Shown here: positions 19,992 to 27,961 of the stretch, piece by piece
Position numbering within the stretch: position 1 is the first letter of the stretch
How the letters are laid out: each line of letters begins with the position of its first letter
Source of the DNA: Tricharina praecox
Taxonomy: Eukaryota
NCBI RefSeq assembly: GCF_024521635.1
Contig: NW_026250405.1
Coordinates: 1,860,001 to 1,887,961, forward strand
Length of the DNA stretch: 27,961 nt
Direction of reading: 5' to 3'
Position numbers and translations under genes: made by a program
The notes under the pieces: model-generated
What the model was told of the DNA's origin: nothing
Database searches by the model: none
The model's input: only the letters and a program-made list of their open reading frames with translations

Positions 19992-21995
19992 ATGTCCTCC
20001 TCAAACCTCGACATGCTCCGCCTCGAACTCCCTCAGACCCTGAGCAATGCTCTCGTTAGCATCCCGCAAGCATCCGAAACCGTCGAAGTACGAAACCCGG
20101 CAGCCTGGCTCAGGCTGATGAACCATCAATACCAAACGGCACAAAGAGACCTGCGCCAGCTTTACCAAGCATGCGATCAGAAGTTCAACGAAGAGGACTC
20201 CCGAATGCAGGAAATCAGAAGGAACTACGAACAACTCTGCGATGGGGTCAAGTATGTGTACAACCTCTACGCTCACAATGCCGAAATGAATACAGAATGG
20301 CTTCGAACCGAGCTGTCAACGGTAGCGAACGCGACGCACGCCCTGAGCAGTGACGTATGGGCAGTCATTCGAGAACGTAACCAGAAAGACGAAGACAACC
20401 GCGAGTTGCAAAGCGTCGCAAACGCTCGGCTACAAGACGCCATCGTGTTCCTCGAAACGGCGCAAGTCGAACAACGCAGGGAGCAAGCGGTGTACAACCG
20501 CAACGTGGAAATTTGGGCAGGGAAACAGGAAGAGAAGGCAGAATACCTCTACAAGGAGCAACAGCGAATCAAGGAAAAAATCGCTCGAGCAGAGAAAAAA
20601 TTGAAGGCTGTAGAGGTAAGGACAGGGAAGGCGAAGGAAAAGGCCCCGGAGTGGGTAAACACTACCCCAAGAGGAGGATCGCGGGCAGAAAGGTCAGCAA
20701 CAAGGGAAACTCCGGCAGGTGCAGGAATGTCCCCTCCTCCTCCACCCCCAAGACGTCCGGTGACTAACCTTGGAGGTGATCCCTCGGATGAGGAACCATC
20801 GGATGATGACGATTCCATCCCCTTGCCGCGTCGTTCGCCGCCCCGTCACCGACACGCTCCGCTACCAAGAGAAGACGACGAAGACGAAGAGAGTCGCTTC
20901 GCTCGGATCATTGCTGCTGCCGTCTCCGCATCGAACCCGAGGGCCATCAAGCTTAAAATGAAAGAGCCCAAGCCGTTCGATGGCAAGCAAAGAACAGCCT
21001 TCCGTCCATGGTGGGACTCAGTTGAAGAATATCTTGAGTTCCACCCAGAGACAAACGAGCAGCAGAAGATAGCGTGGGTGGGATCCCGACTGGAAGGGAC
21101 AGCGGCAGAATGGCATCAGGCCCGTCGAAAAAGCCTGAGGCAGCTACACTTGGAAGATACCTGGCAGGCGTACCAAGAGGCACTCAAGGAGGCGTACCGC
21201 GACACGCAGGAAGGAGCGAACGCATTAAGAAGGATGTGGGCCCTCGAATACAAAGGAGACATTCAGGCTTACATGACCTCCTTCCGATCGCTCAACATGA
21301 TCGCTCGCGCCACCGGCGAACCGCTACAAGACATAGTCAACCAGGCCATGACTACCGACATCGTTGATATGTGCTTCAACCAGCACACCGAACCCTACGA
21401 AGACGATGAAGACTTCCTGGAAACGGTGCTCAGGGCTGGCAACCATGTGGAACGACGGGACGCGCTGAAAAAGGCAAGGGCAATGAGGAATGGGGGATCG
21501 GGTAGCCAGGGTTCCGGCGGCGACCGGAAGGGACCTGGCAACGGCCAGCAGAGCCAAGGAAAGGGAAGAGACCCCGGGGGCCGCAAGGAAAGCGGGGAGT
21601 CCCCGGAGGGCCGAAAGGCCAAGGAAGCAACAGGAGTCAGGAAGGGAAGGACAAGGGAAGGGGACATCTACGCAGGAGCAAAGGAGGCTCTGGTAGGGGT
21701 TCCCCAGAAGGAGATCGATGCCCACAAAGCATCCAAGTGCGACTGTTGGCGTTGCGGACGAGACGGCCACCGAACCTTCCAATGCTACGCCAGAAAAACA
21801 GTCGCGGGTACCGAACTCCCCGAGAGTCCAAAGGTGTCATCCGTGACAAAGAGAAAGCGGGACACCCAGGATGCCGAACCCACTCGACCGAGGTCCAAGC
21901 AACACAAGGCTGCGGCGGTTGTGGTGGAGGATGAAGCAATGACGGAGGCCCCTCCATTCTGGGAAAGGAATGAGAGTGAGCCGGAGGATTTTTGA
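19992..21995 (+). CDS. gag: A2 Gag (667 aa; long N-terminal helical region, capsid domain, CCHC knuckle)
   Basis: Open ORF starting 40 nt after the LTR; KEPKPFDG and CWRCGRDGHRTFQC. Confidence 0.95.
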   Translation: MSSSNLDMLRLELPQTLSNALVSIPQASETVEVRNPAAWLRLMNHQYQTAQRDLRQLYQACDQKFNEEDSRMQEIRRNYEQLCDGVKYVYNLYAHNAEMNTEWLRTELSTVANATHALSSDVWAVIRERNQKDEDNRELQSVANARLQDAIVFLETAQVEQRREQAVYNRNVEIWAGKQEEKAEYLYKEQQRIKEKIARAEKKLKAVEVRTGKAKEKAPEWVNTTPRGGSRAERSATRETPAGAGMSPPPPPPRRPVTNLGGDPSDEEPSDDDDSIPLPRRSPPRHRHAPLPREDDEDEESRFARIIAAAVSASNPRAIKLKMKEPKPFDGKQRTAFRPWWDSVEEYLEFHPETNEQQKIAWVGSRLEGTAAEWHQARRKSLRQLHLEDTWQAYQEALKEAYRDTQEGANALRRMWALEYKGDIQAYMTSFRSLNMIARATGEPLQDIVNQAMTTDIVDMCFNQHTEPYEDDEDFLETVLRAGNHVERRDALKKARAMRNGGSGSQGSGGDRKGPGNGQQSQGKGRDPGGRKESGESPEGRKAKEATGVRKGRTREGDIYAGAKEALVGVPQKEIDAHKASKCDCWRCGRDGHRTFQCYARKTVAGTELPESPKVSSVTKRKRDTQDAEPTRPRSKQHKAAAVVVEDEAMTEAPPFWERNESEPEDF

Positions 21996-22045
21996 GCGGC
22001 CCCAGCACTCCGCAGACTGGACGGCCAAGTGTATATGTTTGCGGA
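21986..22045 (+). promoter_or_regulatory. -1 ribosomal frameshift signal (G GAT TTT plus predicted pseudoknot)
   Basis: pol is -1 to gag. The overlap is confined to 21980-21995 by TGA codons in both frames. Two interleaved stems lie downstream. Confidence 0.8.
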
Positions 22046-25000
22046 ACGAAGAGACCACGGCCTCAGGATATCGACAGCGAATCCAGAGATAAGCGAAGAC
22101 GAACGGACCAACCTATTTCTACGAGTCCAACCGCGCCGAGCGCCTCAGGGTGTGAGCCCCCAAAACCTGTCAGCGGACCACGACCAATCATAGAGATGAT
22201 GCTCCTCTGGTCTGAGCACAAGCGACGACGGATCCGAGTACTCCTTGACACAGGATGTGCCATTCCGATCATCAAACGAAGCCTTGCACGAGAACTTGGG
22301 TTGCCCCTCATTCAACGACCCAAGCCGGTGGAAATCAAGGACTTCCACGGAACCATAGTGGAAGGAGCCGGGGAATATTATACAATGCCGATGCTCCTTC
22401 AACACCGGAGCCACTACACCAACGAAACCTTCGAAGTGGCTCCCTTGGACGACTGCGATGCCTACCTCCCGTATTGGTGGATGGCTAAGCATGAACCGAC
22501 AGGGTTGTGGAAGAATGAAGCACAGAAAATTCGCTTCACCAGCACCCGATGCAAGGAACAATGCACCTTGCAACAAGCAACCAGCTTTCCGATGGAACTT
22601 GACACGTCTGTCATTCACAATTCGGAGGCTCGCATTATTGGATACGTCTCAGCTGGGCCGGAATCAGATCCACCCATGAATCTGCTTCCGGAGAAATTCA
22701 GACGATATGCCAACATCATGAGCAAGGAAGCAGCCGATAAGCTTCCCGGCCACAAGTCCTACGACCAGGCAATCGATCTCAAGGAAGGAGAGACTCCTCC
22801 ATGGGGTCCTATCTATGCCCTGTCAGAGAAAGAACTTGAGGCCCTCAGGGAGTGGCTCAAGGAGATGCTCCAGACAGGCAAGATTCGAAGATCCAAATCA
22901 CCAGCCGGGGCGCCGATATTATTTGTACCAAAGGCGCACGGCAGGGGTCTCCGATTGTGTGTCGACTATCGCGGTATCAACAAGATTACCGTAGCCAATC
23001 GCTACCCACTCCCGATCATGGCAGAGTTGCAAGACCGAGTCAGGGGTGCGAAAGTCTTCACCAAGATTGATCTGAAGAATGGCTATCACCTTATCCGCAT
23101 CAAAGAAGGTGACGAGTGGAAGACGGCTTTCCGCTGTCGATACGGACTGTTTGAGTTTTTGGTCATGCCGTTTGGGGTGACCAACGCTCCAGCGACGTTT
23201 CAGGACATGATTAACCACATATTCCGGGATATGTTGGACCTGGGACTGGTCGCGTACATCGATGACCTCCTCATCTATGCGAAGACGCACGAGGAGCATG
23301 ACAAGATAGTCATCGAGGTACTAAAGAGGTTGGAAGAAAATAAGTTGGCAATCTCACCAGAGAAGTGTGTCTGGTCGACAGGGAGAGTCGAGTTCCTAGG
23401 ATACGTGATATCCCAAGATGGAATTGAGATGGCTAAGGACAAGGTGGAATCTGTGCTCTCGTGGGAGGCGCCGCGGTCCCTGAAGGAAGTACAAGCCTTT
23501 CTTGGGTTCGCCAATTTTTACAGGCGCTTCATCAAGGATTTCTCAAAAATCACGAGACCCTTGACCGAGAGCACAAAAGAAAAAGGGAAGGATTGGAGAT
23601 GGACAGCGGAGATGGAACTGGCCTTCGAGGAGCTGAAGTCTAGGTTCACCACGGCACCGATTCTCGGGCACTTCAACCCAGAATTACCTGTCGTGGTGGA
23701 ATCCGACGCTTCGGACTTCGCGTTGGGCGCGGTCCTGTCTCAAAGGACAGAGGATGGGAAGTTACACCCAGTTGCGTTCCACTCAAGAAAGTTTACCCCA
23801 GCCGAAATCAACTTTGAGATTCACGATAAGGAACTACTCGCGATAGTAGACTCTTTCAAACGCTGGCGGCAATACCTTGAGGGAGCAAAACACCAGATCC
23901 AGGTGTACAGCGACCACCAGAACCTTGAGTACTTCACAACCACGAAAGTACTCAATCGACGGCAGGCGAGATGGGCACAAGAACTCGCTGGCATCGACTT
24001 CAAAATCTACTACCGGCCCGGCAGCCAGAACGGCAAGCCTGACGCATTATCCAGGCGCCCGGAGTACCGCCCTGAAAAAGGGGGGGGTGAAGATCAGCCG
24101 ATTACGACGATCCTGCATAAATCACACTTTGCAGGCGACGATTCGAGAGTTTCATCAATCAGCACCGGAGGCGAGAGCACCGTGTTTCTGGTTTCGTCAA
24201 CTCGGCTACATTCAATCCCCGTGCCAAAGTGGAATGAAGAATTTCTGGGTTGGGTCAGGAAGGCAGGAAAGGAAGATGCTGGGTATCAGGAGGCTCTGAG
24301 CAGCATCAAGGACACGAACGAGGACGCGGCTCAGAAGGACACTGAGTCGGAGGGCCGAAAGGCCTGGGAACTGGCCGCCGAGAGTAGGGACTCCGGCAGG
24401 ATGGGCCGAAAGGCCAGGATTTTGAGGATGGAAGAGGGGTGCCTGTATAGGAAAGAAAGGCTATGGGTACCAGACGATAAGGAACTCGTCAGACACATCC
24501 TCGAGTCGGAACACGATACGAAAGTCGCGGGGCATATGGGCCAGGACAAGACTATCGAACTTATCCGACGCAATTTCTGGTGGCCAAAGATGGACGAGCA
24601 GATTATAGACTTCGTCCGGAGTTGCGCGCAGTGTCAGAAGGACAAAGCAACAAGGCACCAGCCGTATGGACTACTCAATCCCCTCGAGTTACCATACACC
24701 CCATGGCAATCAATAGCCATGGACTTGATTACCGACCTACCGGAATCCAACGGATGCGACCAGCTATGGGTGGTCGTCGACCGCTTCACCAAGATGGCGC
24801 ATTTCATCCCCCTACCTAAGGATGGAAAGATAGCCGAGGATCTCGCGAAGATTTTTGCCCGCGAGATATGGCGCTTTCACGGATTACCAGCAGACATAGT
24901 GTCGGACCGAGACTCACGGTTTACCTCGGGTACATGGAAAGAATTCATCCGGCTGCTAGGCATTAAGCCCCGGATGTCAACAGCGTTCCACCCACAGACG

Positions 25001-25801
25001 GATGGACAAACTGAACGCCTCAACCAGACGATTGAAGCATACCTCCGCTCCTTCGTCAACTACGAACAGAACGATTGGGTGAATCTCCTACCGATGGCTG
25101 AGTTTGCCTACAACAACTCGGTTACATCGGCAACCGGAATGTCGCCCTTCTATGCGAATTTCGGATACCACCCGTCGGCGACAAACCCTGCTGCGGCAAA
25201 TTCTCTCAACCCCGCCAGCAAGGTCTACGCTCACTGGATGCATACAGTCCACGAGGAAAACATCAAGACCCTCGAACGAACGCGCGAACGAATGCGCAAG
25301 TATGCAGATCAACATCGTCAGGAGGCACCGGCTTATCAAGTAGGAGACTTGGTAATGCTCAATGGGCGGAACATTCAAACCCGCCGACCCTCGCGGAAGT
25401 TGGACCACAAGAACCATGGTCCCTTCCAAATCGAGAAGATCGTATCGCCGCTCGCTGTCAAGCTCACTCTGCCAAGGAAGTGGAAGATTCATAATGTCTT
25501 TCACGTCTCGCTCGTTGAACCGTTCCGAGCCGGCACCCGAGCACCACCGGATCCCTCTCAAATCTTACGAGAGGCCGATGATGTGGAAGGCAACGAAGAA
25601 TACGACGTCGATGAGGTTATGGGCAGCTCGAAGAAAGGTCGACGAGTGCTCTACCTCGTCAAATGGCTCAACTACCCCGAACGACGGGACTGGACGAACG
25701 AGCCATTCGACAACTTCTCAGTAGGCGGTCGGGAAAAGCTACGCGAGTTTCATCGCAAAAATCCCGATGCGCCGAGGGACTACCGGCTCACAGATGAGTA
25801 A
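21992..25801 (+). CDS. pol: A2 Pol: aspartic protease, RT, RNase H, integrase, chromodomain (expected as a Gag-Pol fusion)
   Basis: LLDTG; YIDD; ESDASD/DKELLAI/SDH/DALSR; H-x6-H...CAQC; MDLI/SDRD/QTER; GPF; EEYDVDEV...YLVKWLNY. Confidence 0.97.
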   Translation: MSGPSTPQTGRPSVYVCGTKRPRPQDIDSESRDKRRRTDQPISTSPTAPSASGCEPPKPVSGPRPIIEMMLLWSEHKRRRIRVLLDTGCAIPIIKRSLARELGLPLIQRPKPVEIKDFHGTIVEGAGEYYTMPMLLQHRSHYTNETFEVAPLDDCDAYLPYWWMAKHEPTGLWKNEAQKIRFTSTRCKEQCTLQQATSFPMELDTSVIHNSEARIIGYVSAGPESDPPMNLLPEKFRRYANIMSKEAADKLPGHKSYDQAIDLKEGETPPWGPIYALSEKELEALREWLKEMLQTGKIRRSKSPAGAPILFVPKAHGRGLRLCVDYRGINKITVANRYPLPIMAELQDRVRGAKVFTKIDLKNGYHLIRIKEGDEWKTAFRCRYGLFEFLVMPFGVTNAPATFQDMINHIFRDMLDLGLVAYIDDLLIYAKTHEEHDKIVIEVLKRLEENKLAISPEKCVWSTGRVEFLGYVISQDGIEMAKDKVESVLSWEAPRSLKEVQAFLGFANFYRRFIKDFSKITRPLTESTKEKGKDWRWTAEMELAFEELKSRFTTAPILGHFNPELPVVVESDASDFALGAVLSQRTEDGKLHPVAFHSRKFTPAEINFEIHDKELLAIVDSFKRWRQYLEGAKHQIQVYSDHQNLEYFTTTKVLNRRQARWAQELAGIDFKIYYRPGSQNGKPDALSRRPEYRPEKGGGEDQPITTILHKSHFAGDDSRVSSISTGGESTVFLVSSTRLHSIPVPKWNEEFLGWVRKAGKEDAGYQEALSSIKDTNEDAAQKDTESEGRKAWELAAESRDSGRMGRKARILRMEEGCLYRKERLWVPDDKELVRHILESEHDTKVAGHMGQDKTIELIRRNFWWPKMDEQIIDFVRSCAQCQKDKATRHQPYGLLNPLELPYTPWQSIAMDLITDLPESNGCDQLWVVVDRFTKMAHFIPLPKDGKIAEDLAKIFAREIWRFHGLPADIVSDRDSRFTSGTWKEFIRLLGIKPRMSTAFHPQTDGQTERLNQTIEAYLRSFVNYEQNDWVNLLPMAEFAYNNSVTSATGMSPFYANFGYHPSATNPAAANSLNPASKVYAHWMHTVHEENIKTLERTRERMRKYADQHRQEAPAYQVGDLVMLNGRNIQTRRPSRKLDHKNHGPFQIEKIVSPLAVKLTLPRKWKIHNVFHVSLVEPFRAGTRAPPDPSQILREADDVEGNEEYDVDEVMGSSKKGRRVLYLVKWLNYPERRDWTNEPFDNFSVGGREKLREFHRKNPDAPRDYRLTDE

Positions 25802-25929
25802 GAGTTTTTTCCCATGTGGTTTTTCTCGAACTCGGGCAGGTAGTAGGATGAAGGGGTTGGAGGACTTCATCCACAGTTATCAAGTTAGGATAAAGGCGAG
25901 GACTTGGGTGCTTCGGGCCGAAGCCTCGT

Positions 25930-25943
25930 GGGAGGGGAGATGG
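25930..25943 (+). promoter_or_regulatory. Polypurine tract of A2
   Basis: GGGAGGGGAGATGG immediately before the 3' LTR TG. Confidence 0.9.
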
Positions 25944-26635
25944 TGTGACACCCCGATAGGTATCGGAGGTCACGACGGTCGCAAGAGATGTGATTAGATA
26001 GTTCGGGTGATTAGAATAGAGTTGCGAGCCGAAAGGATAGTTAGAAGCGATCAAGGACAAGATAGGAAGGAGGGAGCAAACGGATTCCAGAGTCTAGACA
26101 GTGATCGGAGATGCGGGAGATCGGGATAAACAGTCCAGAGGACTTTGAGATCTCCGATCATAGGGCCCCGCAGTAGGAACTCCGATCCAGGAAAAAACTG
26201 TTATGACGAGAGAATCGAACATCGACCGATGGGGGCAGACAACTTCGAGCGAAGAACTCTGCCGGCGCATGAGGGAGATAATTGCTCGGAAACTCCGATC
26301 TATCTTGGGCGCGTGGTGTTTACCACCTGCCTAGTCGAGAAGACTATCCGAAGAGAGCTGACGACGACTCGAGGCTAGGCCGCGGAACTCCGATGCAAAG
26401 GAAGCAACGGAGCTACGTTAGGCCGCACTCTAGAGGAATCACGTGCTGAGGATCGGAACGACTATAAGTCGAACCGAGCAGGCAAACCGAACCAAACTAC
26501 AATCATCGCACCGAACAAACCATCGAACAAACACCCTTAAGATTATTCCGTTGTGAATTATCGAAATCCCTGACTTTTATTCTATCCTCGATTTTACTAT
26601 AGACTCCGACGACACAAACCCGTCCCAGTCTCACA
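25944..26635 (+). repeat. 3' LTR of A2 (692 bp)
   Basis: Direct repeat of 19262-19952. Confidence 0.96.
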
Positions 26636-26640
26636 CCCCC

Positions 26641-27836
26641 CGAGACCTCCAGTAATTCCTCCAGGTGGGCCGCCATCGGACAACGACCCGATGGACGAAG
26701 ACGACAGGCATTCATCAATCCCTCCTCCGCGCCGACCGAGGGAGACTTGCGCATCTTCCGAACCTAACGAGACCGACGAACGTCGCTTCGCTAGAGTTCT
26801 CTCGGAAGCATTCAGAGCTTCCCAAGAAGGAGTGCAAAAGCTCCGTCTCAGCAATCCAAAGAGCTTTGACGGGAAGCCTACCACCCCCTTCCGCCCTTGG
26901 TGGGACGCGGTGGAAGAATATCTTGACTTCTATCCGCGGACCGAGGACCGCCAGCGCATCGTGTGGATAGGCACATTGCTTACCCATGAGGCACTGGAAT
27001 GGCACCAGGCACGGCGAAGAACCTTGCGACGTCGGGACACCTGGCAAGCGTACGCAGACGCTATTCAGGAAGAATACCTGGAACCCCGTGAGGCCGGAGA
27101 GGCATTGGACAAGATGTGGGCCCTTCGTTACAAGGGAGATATCAAATCATACCTCACCTCATTCAGAGCGTTGAATCTCCACGCTCAAGTCACCGGAGAA
27201 GCCTTGCAGGACATGATCGATAAAGCCATGCCTGCTGATATCATCGATATGCGCTTCGCCCAGAACGCGGGAATCTTTCGTGAAGACGAGCCGTTCCTAC
27301 ACGCGGCCTACGAAGCAGGACGGCACGTGGAGCGCAAGAAGGCGCTGCTGAAATCAAAAGAGAGGGGTGGATCGGGTGGCCAGAGTTTGAGTGGTAGCTC
27401 GAAGGAATCTGGCAAGGGGCTGAAAAGCCAGGGAAAGAAAAAGGAGGACCACCGGCCGAAGGGAGATTCGAGCCGAGGTGGTCAGTCCGGTTCACGGACA
27501 GGTAAAGAGGAGGGGATCTGGGATGGGATGAAGGCAGCATTGGATGGGGTCCCTCAGCAGGAGATAGACGCCCACAAGAAGTCCGGTGGCTGCATGAGAT
27601 GTGGAAGAGAAGGACACCGAGCGCTTGCCTGCTATGCAGCGAAGACGGTCGGTAACACCCAACTTCCCCCAGCCCCACGAAAGGTCGCAGGCGCAAACAA
27701 GCGAAAGCGCAGCGCAAATGACTCGTCGGAACCACCAAAATCCAAGGCACCCAAAACCGCTGCAGTGGATATCAGGGATGAGGCCATGAGAGATGCCCCT
27801 CCCGTCTGGGCGGAAGGTTCGGACGAGGAGGGTTAG
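26641..27836 (+). pseudogene. gag: B gag C-terminal half (capsid domain and zinc knuckle); stop codon falls in the first telomere repeat
   Basis: SNPKSFDGK, FRPWWDAVEEYL, CMRCGREGHRALAC and EAMRDAPPVW align with A gag; ends GAG GGT TAG. Confidence 0.92.
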
Positions 27837-27961
27837 GGTTAGGGTTAGGGTTAGGGTTAGGGTTAGGGTTAGGGTTAGGGTTAGGGTTAGGGTTAGGGTT
27901 AGGGTTAGGGTTAGGGTTAGGGTTAGGGTTAGGGTTAGGGTTAGGGTTAGGGTTAGGGTTA
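27829..27961 (+). repeat. Telomere array (TTAGGG)n, about 22 perfect units to the end of the window
   Basis: Read directly; the G-rich strand runs 5'->3' toward the end, as expected for a right chromosome end. Confidence 0.98.

Larger units (their letters stand above)
19262..26635 (+). mobile_element. Full-length, apparently intact chromoviral Ty3/Gypsy element, family A copy A2, TSD CCCCC
   Basis: LTRs 19262-19952 and 25944-26635; CCCCC at 19257-19261 and 26636-26640; open gag and pol; PBS and PPT present. Confidence 0.97.
17698..27834 (+). mobile_element. Ty3/Gypsy family B element (sister of A): 5' LTR and gag only, split by A2 and truncated by the telomere
   Basis: LTR 17698-18431, PBS, and gag at 18483-19261 plus 26641-27836, which rejoin in frame once A2 and one CCCCC copy are removed. 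Confidence 0.92.

Noticed and set aside
24341..24370. CTGA...GGCCGAAAGGCC resembling an engineered hammerhead stem II
   Set aside because: The core is not CUGANGA and no GAAA follows the stem; it lies in frame within pol.
6592..26378. Repeated 77-92 aa ORFs (e.g. ...RELTTTRG) appearing four times
   Set aside because: They recur only because they lie in the four family-A LTRs; start codons and frames differ between copies.
17698..27961. Telomere-targeted retroelement (MoTeR/TRAS-like) or telomere-linked helicase
   Set aside because: All elements are LTR types inserted in other elements, no internal TTAGGG tracts flank them, and no RecQ-like ORF is seen; truncation and healing is the simpler explanation.

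Overview
Fungal chromosome end. Positions 1-801 (- strand) hold the 5' part of a spliced MFS-type membrane-protein gene that the ORF track missed. About 4 kb of unassigned single-copy DNA follows. From 4887 to ~27830 the window is an unbroken nest of LTR retrotransposons: three Ty3/Gypsy families (A, B, C; A is a chromovirus) and a 111-bp mini solo LTR. Nesting is reconstructed from TG..CA ends and 5-bp target-site duplications (TSDs). An old A copy (A3) received the mini-LTR, a full inverted A copy (A1, defective) and a C element. C received a B element, and B received an apparently intact A copy (A2). The nest is cut off by (TTAGGG)n joined at the last gag codons of B, the position where sister family A has its -1 frameshift heptamer; this looks like a healed chromosome break. 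All three families show Tf1-type self-priming complementarity instead of a tRNA PBS. Family A has a G GAU UUU slippery site followed by a predicted H-type pseudoknot with a covarying pair. There is no sign of RIP. All calls were made by eye; no searches or folding programs were run.
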